From Acidobacteriota bacterium (lineage in GTDB: Bacteria; Acidobacteriota; UBA890; WLXD01), in contig CAXWPL010000002.1 in NCBI GenBank assembly GCA_963666215.2, forward strand, positions 224,001-288,000: a stretch of 64,000 nt of DNA, given 5' to 3'. Below are positions 51,485-60,747 of this stretch, one piece after another. The position numbers were made by a program, and so were the translations under genes. Numbering within the stretch: position 1 is the stretch's first letter; every line of letters begins with the position of its first letter. The notes below the pieces were generated by a model. That model was given only the letters and a program-made list of their open reading frames with translations. It searched no databases and had not been told where the DNA came from.

Positions 51485-52563
51485 TCAGGTCCCTTTTCCC
51501 GGCTCCGTTGCGCGGGTCGAAGTCGGGGTGCTTGGCTGCGGCTTGGCCATTTCGAGTGTCGGTGGGCTCCACCGGATCGCTCCGCTCGACGGTTCGGTCC
51601 GCGCAGTAGCGGTCGCTCGCGGCACCCAACGCAGGTAGGCGTACAGGATTCCGCGAAGATCAGCGCGGCTCCCGCGCCGATGACCTCGGTGGGTGGCCCG
51701 GGCGCTTCCGCCGCCGCGGCGATCGCGGCGTCATCGAAGAAGGCGACCGTGGCGAACGCCAGCAGGTTGTTCGCGCCGTGAGCGACCATCGCTGGAAAGA
51801 TCGAGCCGGAGCGCCACACGAGCAGGCCGAAGTAGACGCCCATCAAAGTTCGCGGCAGCAGGCCGAAAGGGTCGAGGTGGAATGCTGCGAACAGCAACGC
51901 GGTGACGAACAACGGAGCCACCCAGTTGCCTCCCAGCGTCAGCAACCGCAGCATCAGGCCGCGGAACAGGATCTCCTCGCAGACAGCCGCCAGAATCACG
52001 GCGCCGAAGAGCAGCATGGCCATATCGGCGGCCGAGTCGGCCTGCAGTAGGGGCTCCATCGCTTGCCTGAGGAACTCCCGTAGGGCCTCGCTGTTCGGCA
52101 GGCTGTCGATGATCATCTCCTGGATGGCTCCGCCGAGCATCTGCAGAGGCCACGCCCCGGCGATCGCCACCGCATAGTGCGGCCAGGAAGCCTTGCGAAA
52201 CATGAAGCCCTCGGCGATCGGCAGGCGCAGCAGCACCAGGAAGATCATTGGCGCGAGCAGTATCGCTCCGATCTCGTCGAGGACGATCAGCGTCTTGAAG
52301 TCGATTCCGACAAGCACGCCACCGAACGCGACGGACAGGTGCAGGGCGAGCGCGAACAGGAACAGCCCCATCGCAACCCAACGAGCCGCCGCGGGTGGTG
52401 GCCACAGCGGCTGCCTTCCACGCGCCGGGCGGACGGGCAGCGCTGAATCACTCGTAGGGGCCTTATCTTCGGCCGTCGCATGAGGCGCGGCAGGCGCCAG
52501 ACCGGGCTCGAGGCGATCGGCCGGTTCGGCGAGGTCGTCGGGATTGGGAGGCACGGTCGACAT
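51485..52563 (-). CDS. CPBP (CAAX/Abi) intramembrane metalloprotease; apparent 1-bp deletion near the 3' end
   Basis: EEILFRG, FAAFH, AHGANN. Restoring one G at about 51651 gives a last TM helix IFAGILYAYLRW and a stop at 51487-51485; the uncorrected frame runs on to 51364. Confidence 0.8.
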
Positions 52564-52566
52564 GGC

Positions 52567-54651
52567 TCAGGCGGGCTCGTGTGCTGGGCGTCCGTAGTAG
52601 CGCAGCACTGCCCACAACGCCGGTATGGCGACGATGTAGGTGAGCCACGGCGAAATTCCGAAGCCGGAGGGAATATCTCCAAGCAGCATCGCCACCCCCC
52701 CAACGAGCAGAGCATAGGGGATCTGGGTCCGCACGTGGTCGATATGATCGGAGCCCGAGGCCATCGACGACAGGATGGTGGTATCGGAGATCGGCGAGCA
52801 GTGGTCGCCCCAAACGCTGCCGGCAAGCACCGACGAGATGGCGCCGACGAGCAGTGTGTTGCCGGCGGCGGCATCGAGGCCGGCGAGAGCGCCCAAGCGG
52901 ACCGCCAGCGGCACCACCAATGGCATGAGGATGCCCATCGTGCCGTACGAGGTTCCGGTGGCGAAGGCGATCGCGGCGGAGATGAGGAACACAAGCGCGG
53001 GCAGCAACTGGTGAGAAAGCGTGCCGGCCACCGCTTCCACCAGGAAGTCGGCGGTATGTACGGCGGCGCAGATGTCCTTCAGCGACCACGCCAGAACGAG
53101 GATGCTGCAGGCCATGAGCACCGATTTCATGCCGCTGACAAACGCCCGCATGGTGTCGTCGAGGCTGAGCAGCCGCTGACCGAGCGTCAAGCAGACAGCT
53201 GCCAGCAGGCCCGAGAAGGAGCCCCAGAGGATTGCGACGTTGGGATTCGCAGCCGCCAGGATCTCGTACATCGCCGCGGCGCTCGGATCGCCACCTCGCG
53301 CCACGATCGCGGCTCCGCCGTTCCACCACAGGCCGATCATCGTCACCACAACGACCGTCGCGATCGGCACCGCGGCGTTGTACCAACGGCGCGGGCAATC
53401 GGGCGGTGGCTGGGCAGCGTCGTCGTCGACATCAACGAGAGGTGAGGCGTCGTCGCCGAGCACCCTGCCGTCGACTCGGGCTCGACGCTCGGCGGCGAGC
53501 ATGGGGCCGAAGTCGCGGTCGAGGTAGCCCACCAGGAAGGCGAAAGCCAGGGCCAGAATCGGGTAGAAACGGTAGGGAATCGACTCGATGAACAGGAGGT
53601 AGGCGCTGCGATCGATGCCCTCGCTCTGCAGCGCGCCGGCGATATAGCCCACCTCGACGCCAATCCACGACGACACGACCGCGACGCTCGCCACCGGTGC
53701 GGCGGTGCAATCCACCAGATATGCGAGCTTCTCGCGCGAGATCCGCAGCCGGTCGGTGATCGGCCGCATTGTGTTGCCGACAATCAGCGTGTTGGAGTAG
53801 TCGTCGAAAAAGACGAGCAGCCCCATCACCCAGGTACTGAGCTGCCCTGAACGAGGTGTGCGCGCCCAGCGGACGACATGGGCGATTACCCCGTGGGTGC
53901 CGCCGTTGCGCACAATTAGGCCCACCGTGCCGCCAAGGATCATGATGTAGAGCAGAACGTTGGCGTTGCCCGAGTTGGAGAGAGTCCCCAGAACGTAGGT
54001 GTCGAGGGTCCGCAGGAGCGCGGTAATCGGGTTGAAGTCGTAGAGAAACATGCCGCCGAGCCAGAGCCCGAGAAACAGCGACACCATGACCTGGCGCAGA
54101 AGGACGGCCGCAACGATGGCCGTCAGCGGCGGCAGCAGCGACCACCAGGCGGGAACGACGCGCACGCTGGTGGTTGCCGCGGTGGCACCCGATACCGTCT
54201 CGAGAAGCAGACGCCGGCGGCCAGTTTCTGTGAACTCGACCTTGATCACAGTGCTGCCGCCGGGAGGAACCTGCCAGATGACGGTCGGCTGCTCACCCTC
54301 GGCGCGCAGCCGCACTCCGACCGGCTGCTCACTCGAGGCGTCGGCGGCAACCGCGACTCTCAATGCGTGACCACGTAGCGCCAGGCGCGGCACCGACCAG
54401 GTTAGCCGGTCAGGGTCGACGCTTGCTTCCACCTGCGATACGCGCCCCCGCAGGAACGCCGGCTCGGCGCTGCCCGTGCCATCGGTCTGGATCGCTGTCC
54501 CGGTGGCCACCGTGCTCGAGAGAGGCGGAAGAGCGTGAGTCGGGCGTGCGCTCAGGGCGACTGCCAAGACGCCTGCGGCCAGAACGATCGCTGCCGAGAT
54601 TCGCCAGGAACTTGCCTGCAGCAGAAAACGGGCGTGCAGGCGCGGTCGCAT
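52567..54651 (-). CDS. Na+/H+ antiporter NhaC family protein with N-terminal extracytoplasmic extension
   Basis: WSLLPPL, FFDDYSN, SREKLAYLVDCTAAP, FATGTSYGT, GDHCSPISDTTILSS, HIDHVRTQIPYA. Confidence 0.9.
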   Translation of the reverse strand: MRPRLHARFLLQASSWRISAAIVLAAGVLAVALSARPTHALPPLSSTVATGTAIQTDGTGSAEPAFLRGRVSQVEASVDPDRLTWSVPRLALRGHALRVAVAADASSEQPVGVRLRAEGEQPTVIWQVPPGGSTVIKVEFTETGRRRLLLETVSGATAATTSVRVVPAWWSLLPPLTAIVAAVLLRQVMVSLFLGLWLGGMFLYDFNPITALLRTLDTYVLGTLSNSGNANVLLYIMILGGTVGLIVRNGGTHGVIAHVVRWARTPRSGQLSTWVMGLLVFFDDYSNTLIVGNTMRPITDRLRISREKLAYLVDCTAAPVASVAVVSSWIGVEVGYIAGALQSEGIDRSAYLLFIESIPYRFYPILALAFAFLVGYLDRDFGPMLAAERRARVDGRVLGDDASPLVDVDDDAAQPPPDCPRRWYNAAVPIATVVVVTMIGLWWNGGAAIVARGGDPSAAAMYEILAAANPNVAILWGSFSGLLAAVCLTLGQRLLSLDDTMRAFVSGMKSVLMACSILVLAWSLKDICAAVHTADFLVEAVAGTLSHQLLPALVFLISAAIAFATGTSYGTMGILMPLVVPLAVRLGALAGLDAAAGNTLLVGAISSVLAGSVWGDHCSPISDTTILSSMASGSDHIDHVRTQIPYALLVGGVAMLLGDIPSGFGISPWLTYIVAIPALWAVLRYYGRPAHEPA

Positions 54652-54776
54652 TGAGATCCCTGGAGAAGAGTCCTGGTGCTGCCGATCGTGCAGAGTGGCC
54701 GACTGCAACAGGCGCGGATCTTATCATGGTGTAATTCGCGAAAGCCGACCCCGTTTCACCAGCCGGAGGGCGACTC

Positions 54777-55211
54777 GTGGCATCCGACCACCACAAGCCT
54801 GCGACCCCGCGCCGTCCCACACCGTTCGACGCCCTTCTCGGAACTGAAGTTCTCGCGGCGCACGATGGCGCTTCCGAGGTGCGGCTCGTGCTCACGGAGG
54901 CTCATCGCAATCTGCGAGGTGTGGCGCATGGTGGCGTCGTCAGTGCGCTGCTCGACATGGCGCTTGGAGCCGCCGTCGTTTCGACGACTTCCGAGGAAGA
55001 GTGGTGCGGCACTCTCGAGCTCTCGGTTCAGTTCCGCGACCCGGCTCGCAACGGGCCCCTGGTCGGACGGGGTAGGGTCGAGCGGCGCGGTCGCAGTGTG
55101 GCTTTCGCCGCCGGCGAAGTGCTTGACGATGCCGGCAGGATCGTAGCGGTGGCGCACGGCGTTTGGACGATTTGGGCCAGCTTCCCAGATCGCCCGAAAC
55201 CTCGGCCCTAG
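54777..55211 (+). CDS. PaaI family thioesterase
   Basis: HRNLRGVAHGGVVSALLD hotdog-fold motif. Confidence 0.9.
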   Translation: MASDHHKPATPRRPTPFDALLGTEVLAAHDGASEVRLVLTEAHRNLRGVAHGGVVSALLDMALGAAVVSTTSEEEWCGTLELSVQFRDPARNGPLVGRGRVERRGRSVAFAAGEVLDDAGRIVAVAHGVWTIWASFPDRPKPRP

Positions 55212-55214
55212 CGG

Positions 55215-56543
55215 CTACTCGTACAGCAGGTGCCGGGCTCTCACTGGCTCGAAGGCGTCGAGCGCGGCACCCCAACTCGCGGTGATCTCCGCCGCCGGCG
55301 TGCCGGCTGTCAGCTGCGACTCGATCGCCGGGTCGCCCCACAGTCGCAGGAGCCTCGAGCGATCCCACGAACTGTCTTCGGCGCTGCCGCCTCCGTGCAA
55401 GCGCGTTAGCGTCGTGATGAGTGTCGCCGCGGTGAGGCCGGCGTCGAACTGCTCGCGGTCGGTCAAGACGAGGTTCACGCCGTTGCACAGCGCGCCCTCG
55501 TGCACGCTGGTTGTCGGCGTCAGGCGCCGCGGCACGAAGCGCACGCCGGGGAGCTGGGCGGCGTTGAGCGCTGTGGCCACGGCGTTGGAGTTCATCCACG
55601 GCGCGCCGAACCATTCGAAGGGCGCGTCGGTTCCCCGACCCACCGAGAGGTTGGTGGTCTCGAGCGGCCCCACGGCAGGGTAGAGCGTAGCCTGCGTGAG
55701 GTTGCGGATGTTGGGCGACGGGTTCACCCAGAGCAAACCGGTTGCATCGAACCACTGGTCGCGCTGCCAACCTTGCATGGCGATCACCGTGAGATCGGCG
55801 CCGATACCGCGCTCGACGTTGTAGTAGCTGGCTAGCTCGCCGATCGTCATGCCGTGGCGTAGTGGGATCGGCGCGTAGCCCACGAAGGATAGAAGCTCGG
55901 GGTCGAGCACCGGACCCGTCACGCGACCGCCGGTGATCGGGTTGGGTCGATCGAGAACCACGAACGGCAGGCCGGCCTCGGCGGCGGCTTCCATGGCGTA
56001 GGCCATCGTCGAGACGTAGGTGTAGAACCGCGTGCCGATGTCCTGGATGTCGAACACCAGCCCGTCGATGCCGACGAGCATCTCGCCTGTTGGCCGCCGG
56101 GTGTCGCCGTAGAGGCTCACGAGCGGTAGCCCGCTTTCGCTGTGAAGCTCGTCGGAAACCGCTCCTTCCAGAAGCGCGGCGAACCCGTGCTCCGGAGTGA
56201 AGATCTTCACGAGCTCGAGCGCGTCGCTCTCCGCGAGGACGTTCAGCGTTAGCTCGCCGGCCTGATTCCGCCCGGTCCAATTGGTGATGAGCGCAACCTT
56301 CGACCCGGCGAGCGGCTCGAAGCCACGGCGTTGCCAAACGTCGATGCCAGGCAGCAACGGCCCGCTGGCGGTCGATTGAGCTCGCGTCCCAGCAGGCTGC
56401 AGGCGCTCCTGGCCCGTGTCGGCGGCCGGTGGCGTACCGGCGCACGCGACAAGCCCGAGGGCGCCTGCGGCCAGCGCTAACCTGAGAATCGCGGTTGCCA
56501 CGGGCCCGCGTTCGCGAGTCGTGGGTCGCTCGGTGTGCCGCAT
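55215..56543 (-). CDS. namZ: Exo-beta-N-acetylmuramidase NamZ (DUF1343), lipoprotein
   Basis: LITNWTG, FTPEHG, SLYG, FDIQDIGTRFYTY, LDRPNP, RHGMTIGELA, WVNPSPN, SVGRGT; LVAC lipobox. Confidence 0.9.
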   Translation of the reverse strand: MRHTERPTTRERGPVATAILRLALAAGALGLVACAGTPPAADTGQERLQPAGTRAQSTASGPLLPGIDVWQRRGFEPLAGSKVALITNWTGRNQAGELTLNVLAESDALELVKIFTPEHGFAALLEGAVSDELHSESGLPLVSLYGDTRRPTGEMLVGIDGLVFDIQDIGTRFYTYVSTMAYAMEAAAEAGLPFVVLDRPNPITGGRVTGPVLDPELLSFVGYAPIPLRHGMTIGELASYYNVERGIGADLTVIAMQGWQRDQWFDATGLLWVNPSPNIRNLTQATLYPAVGPLETTNLSVGRGTDAPFEWFGAPWMNSNAVATALNAAQLPGVRFVPRRLTPTTSVHEGALCNGVNLVLTDREQFDAGLTAATLITTLTRLHGGGSAEDSSWDRSRLLRLWGDPAIESQLTAGTPAAEITASWGAALDAFEPVRARHLLYE

Positions 56544-56725
56544 GCGTTTGTGGGGCGCCGGTGTGCACCGTAGACTTTTGAACATTCTCCGGCTCTTTCT
56601 TTGCTTGCGGCGAAGCTGATGGGCGCGCCCCGGCCAGAGGCTGGGAAATCTACCTGCTCCAGCTGACCTCACAGGAAGCACCAGAGCTAGATGACTTCCT
56701 TGTACAGCCTGATCGGTCTGGTCGC

Positions 56726-59700
56726 ATGATTCGGTTGCGGATGGCGCATCTTAGCTCGCTGCCGCGATGGGCGGCAGGTGGAGCGGTGTTCGCCGCCACG
56801 CTGCTCGGCACCAGCAGCTACGAGCTCGAAGAGCCCGGAGTGCTTGCGGGCCCGGCTGCACAGCTGCCGAATGTTCAGCGCGAGCTCGAATCGAACGGCC
56901 CCAGCCTGGCGGCGCCGCTCGATCCGCGTACCCCGCTGCCGCCGGAGGCCCACGCCTGGGTCGAGCAGACACTGTCCCGAATGAGCCTCTCGGAGCGCGC
57001 CGGCCAGGTTCTGATGGTGCGCGCCTATGGCGAGTACTACGCGGCGGACGCCCAGGAGCGCCTCGAGCTGGTACGAACGATCCAGGAGCTGCACCTCGGC
57101 GGCGTGATCCTCTTCCGCTCGCAGGCCTACGAAGCTACGGCGCTGATCGGTGATCTGCAGCAGGCGGCGGCGCAGATCTCATCTGTGCCCCTCTTGATGG
57201 CCGCCGACTTCGAGTGGGGCGCCGATTTCCGTATCGACGGTGCCGTTCCGTTCCCCACCGCAATGGCTGTTGGGGCCACCTACAACGCAGAGGCGGCGGA
57301 GTGGATGGGGCGCGCGACCGCTGCCGACGCTCGCGCCCTGGGCATCCATTGGATCTTCGCTCCGGTTGCCGATGTCAACATCAATCCACAGAACCCGGTG
57401 ATCAACGTGCGCGCTTTTGGCGAGGATCCGGTGCATGTCGGGCGTATGGTCGACGCGTTTGTGCGCGGGGCACAGCGCGAGGGCGTGCTCGCCACGGCCA
57501 AACACTTTCCGGGCCACGGCGATACCGCTGTCGACTCGCACATCTCGTTGCCTGTCCTGGCTCACAACCGCGAGCGACTGCAGGCCGTCGAGCTTGCGCC
57601 CTTCCGAGCCGCGATCGACGCTGGAGTGGGCAGCATCATGACGGCTCATCTGGCGGTTCCTGCGCTCACGGCCGACAGCCGGCTACCGGCCACGCTGTCG
57701 CCGGCGATCCTCACCGATCTGCTGCGTACCGAGCTGGGCTTCGAGGGGTTGGTTGTTACCGACGCCATGGAGATGGGCGGCATCACTCGGCGCTGGTGGG
57801 GGGGGCAGGCGGCCGTCGAATCTCTCGTGGCGGGTGCCGACATGGTGCTTCTGCCGCCGAACACTCGCGCCGCGCACGGCGCGGTGGTGGCCGCCGTGGA
57901 GCGTGGAGATCTGCCGGCGGAGCGCCTCGAAGACGCTGTGCGCCGGGTGCTCGAGGCGAAGGCACGGCTTGGCCTTGCCGCCGGTGATCGCGGACGCTCG
58001 CTCACGAGCCTGTCGTCGCGCTTCGCGCTCGCGCTCGAGGCCGAGGAGGCACAGCAGGTGGCCGACTCGGCCGTGACACTACTTCGCGATCGCAGCAACC
58101 TGCTGCCGCTCGATGCACGGCAACCGCGGCGCATCGCGGTGGTTGGTGTTTCCGACAACAACACGTCGGCGCCCACCGTGGATCTGGTGGCGGCTTTGCG
58201 CGAGCCTCTCGGCGATGTGAGCTCCTACTCGATCGACGGGCGCACTCGAGGTGATGATGCCGCGGAGATCGTGACCGCGGTGGCGCGCGCCGATGTCTTG
58301 ATCCTGGCCGTGAGAGTGCGCCTGCGGACGAGCTCTGGAACCATCACTCTGCCCTCGAGACAGCAACGCTACGCTCACATGCTGGCGCAGCTCGACGTTC
58401 CGACGATCGTCGTCGCGCTCGGGAGCCCCTATTCGGCAGCCGCCTTCCCCCGCGCCTCGACTCTGCTCGCGGCTTACGGCTGGAGCGGCGCCATGCAACG
58501 CGCCGCGGCGCACGCCATCGTTGGTGAGACGCCCATCGGCGGCAAGCTGCCGGTGTCGATACCTGAGCTGTACGAGGTCGGCTTCGGTCTCGAGCGCCCA
58601 GCCCTCGACGCGCGATTGCAGGTGGCGACCACCGTGGCCGGCGACGAAACATCTCCCGAGGCGGAAATCGTTCCGGATCTGGCCGAGGCTCAGGCCATTC
58701 TCGAGCGCTGGGTTGCGGAGGGTGCGTTCCCTGGCGCGGTCTACGCAGTGGGGCACAAGAATCAACTCGTCGGGCGCGGCGCCGTGGGACGCATGACCTA
58801 CGACGACAATGCCGCGCCGACGCAGGTCGACAGCATCTTCGACCTCGCTTCGTTGACCAAAGTGATCGCCACCACAACCGTGGCCATGCAGGCGGTAGAG
58901 CGTGGGCACCTGCGTCTCGACTATTCGGCGCGAGCGCTCGTCCCCGAGTTCGCCGGTGAGAACAAGGACAAGGTCACCATCCGGCAACTCCTCACACACA
59001 CCTCGGGGCTGCCAGCGTACGTCGAGTTCTATCGTGACTACGAGCCGGGTGCGACGGGCCCGGATACCCGTGCCGATGTTCTCGAGAGAATCTACGCGGT
59101 GCCCCTCGAGGCACCGCCCGGGTCGCGCTACGTCTACTCCGACCTGGGGGTCATTCTGCTCGGTGAGGTGCTCACGCGGGCGCTTGGCGAGCCTTTCTGG
59201 GAGTACGCCGAGCGCGAGGTTTTCGCGCCCTTGGGCATGGCGGAAACCGGCTGGCTTCCCGACCCGGCGCTGCTCGATCGCATTCCGCCGACCGAGCGTG
59301 ATCCGTGGCGCGATCGTGTGGTTCACGGCGAAGTTCACGACGAGAACACCGTGGCGCTCGGTGGCATCTCGTCGCACGCCGGGCTGTTCTCGACCGTCGA
59401 CGACCTTTCCGTATTCGCGCAGATGCTGCTCAATCGCGGAAGTTATGGACACGTGCGCTTGGCGCGGTCGGGAACGGTTGGATCTTGGGTGCGGCGGCAG
59501 GAGGTGGTTGCCGACAGCAGCCGAGCCCTCGGCTGGGATACTGCGTACGGAAGCGAGAGCTGGGGCATGTTCTCGCCCACGGCTTTCGGCCACACCGGAT
59601 TCACCGGCACCTCTCTCTGGGTCGACTCGAGGCGCCAGCTGTTCGTGGTGTTGTTGACCAATCGGGTTCACCCAACGCGCGACAACCGCAAGATCCGCCA

Positions 59701-59758
59701 GGCCCGCATTGATTTTCATCGGGCCGTGGTGGCGGCCGTCGACGCGGCAAGTCGTTAG
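56726..59758 (+). CDS. GH3 beta-N-acetylglucosaminidase (NagZ-like) fused to a serine hydrolase/beta-lactamase-like (AmiE-like) domain
   Basis: KHFPGHGDTAVDSH, TDAMEM; C-terminal DLASLTK (SxxK), LLTHTSG, YSD, HAGLFS, GHTGFTG. Confidence 0.92.
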   Translation: MIRLRMAHLSSLPRWAAGGAVFAATLLGTSSYELEEPGVLAGPAAQLPNVQRELESNGPSLAAPLDPRTPLPPEAHAWVEQTLSRMSLSERAGQVLMVRAYGEYYAADAQERLELVRTIQELHLGGVILFRSQAYEATALIGDLQQAAAQISSVPLLMAADFEWGADFRIDGAVPFPTAMAVGATYNAEAAEWMGRATAADARALGIHWIFAPVADVNINPQNPVINVRAFGEDPVHVGRMVDAFVRGAQREGVLATAKHFPGHGDTAVDSHISLPVLAHNRERLQAVELAPFRAAIDAGVGSIMTAHLAVPALTADSRLPATLSPAILTDLLRTELGFEGLVVTDAMEMGGITRRWWGGQAAVESLVAGADMVLLPPNTRAAHGAVVAAVERGDLPAERLEDAVRRVLEAKARLGLAAGDRGRSLTSLSSRFALALEAEEAQQVADSAVTLLRDRSNLLPLDARQPRRIAVVGVSDNNTSAPTVDLVAALREPLGDVSSYSIDGRTRGDDAAEIVTAVARADVLILAVRVRLRTSSGTITLPSRQQRYAHMLAQLDVPTIVVALGSPYSAAAFPRASTLLAAYGWSGAMQRAAAHAIVGETPIGGKLPVSIPELYEVGFGLERPALDARLQVATTVAGDETSPEAEIVPDLAEAQAILERWVAEGAFPGAVYAVGHKNQLVGRGAVGRMTYDDNAAPTQVDSIFDLASLTKVIATTTVAMQAVERGHLRLDYSARALVPEFAGENKDKVTIRQLLTHTSGLPAYVEFYRDYEPGATGPDTRADVLERIYAVPLEAPPGSRYVYSDLGVILLGEVLTRALGEPFWEYAEREVFAPLGMAETGWLPDPALLDRIPPTERDPWRDRVVHGEVHDENTVALGGISSHAGLFSTVDDLSVFAQMLLNRGSYGHVRLARSGTVGSWVRRQEVVADSSRALGWDTAYGSESWGMFSPTAFGHTGFTGTSLWVDSRRQLFVVLLTNRVHPTRDNRKIRQARIDFHRAVVAAVDAASR

Positions 59759-59775
59759 CCGGCGAGCCCGACACG

Positions 59776-60747
59776 ATGGCGCCGGATCGATCAGAATCAA
59801 CCGCACAATCTGATGCGTCCTTCGCCGATTGGCCGCCGCGCGGGCTCGAGGGGCGCGCCAGCGCCGAGCTTGTAGAGCTGCTGGCGGTGGCCGACGCGCA
59901 GGCGGCGCGTGCCGTGCAGGACGCGCGAGGCGCGATCGCCGCGGCTGTTGATCTTCTGGTTGCGGGATGGCGTCGCGGAGGGCGCTTGATTTACGTCGGC
60001 GCCGGAACCAGCGGGCGGCTCGGCGTTCTAGACGCCGCCGAATGGCCGCCGACGTTCGGTGTCGACCCGGCTCGGGTCGTTGCCGTGATCGCAGGTGGCC
60101 ACGAGGCGCTGGTGCGCTCCATCGAGGGCGCCGAAGACGATGAGGGGGAAGGCGCCCGTCAAATGCGAGAGCTCGACCTCGGCGAGCACGACATGGTCGT
60201 TGGGCTGTCGGCGAGCGGGTCAACGCCGTTCACCGTCGCCGCACTACGACAGGCCGCCGCGAGTGGAGCCGCAACGGCGGCGGTTACGGTCGTGGCCGAG
60301 AGCGCTCTCGCGCGGGCCGCCCAGCTTCCGATCGTCGTCGATGTGGGCGCTGAGCTTGTCGACGGGTCGAGCCGCATGAAGGCGGGCACGGCGCAAAAGC
60401 TCGTATGCAACGCCCTCTCGACCGCGGCGCAGATTCGCTTGGGCCGTGTGCTCGATCGGCACATGGTTGGCGTACAGCTCACCAATCGCAAGCTGCGCGC
60501 CCGGGCGTTCGGGATTCTGCTATCGCTAGGGGCGGCTCCCAGCGAGACAGCCGCCGAGGAGCTGCTCGCGGCCGCAGGAGACGACCTGCCGACGGCATTG
60601 CTCATGGGTTGCGCAAACGTCGACCGTGCGGCGGCGTCCGCCTGTCTCGAAAGCGCCGGTGGACATGTGCCGCGGGCTCTGTCGGCGGCCAAGACCGCCG
60701 GGGAGGTCAACGCCAAAACCTCCACGACAACGGGGGAGGTTCGCTGA
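59776..60747 (+). CDS. murQ: N-acetylmuramic acid 6-phosphate etherase
   Basis: GAGTSGRLGVLDAAE.PPTFG, EGAED, ASGSTP, GSSRMKAGTAQK, TNRKL..RA. Confidence 0.92.
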   Translation: MAPDRSESTAQSDASFADWPPRGLEGRASAELVELLAVADAQAARAVQDARGAIAAAVDLLVAGWRRGGRLIYVGAGTSGRLGVLDAAEWPPTFGVDPARVVAVIAGGHEALVRSIEGAEDDEGEGARQMRELDLGEHDMVVGLSASGSTPFTVAALRQAAASGAATAAVTVVAESALARAAQLPIVVDVGAELVDGSSRMKAGTAQKLVCNALSTAAQIRLGRVLDRHMVGVQLTNRKLRARAFGILLSLGAAPSETAAEELLAAAGDDLPTALLMGCANVDRAAASACLESAGGHVPRALSAAKTAGEVNAKTSTTTGEVR

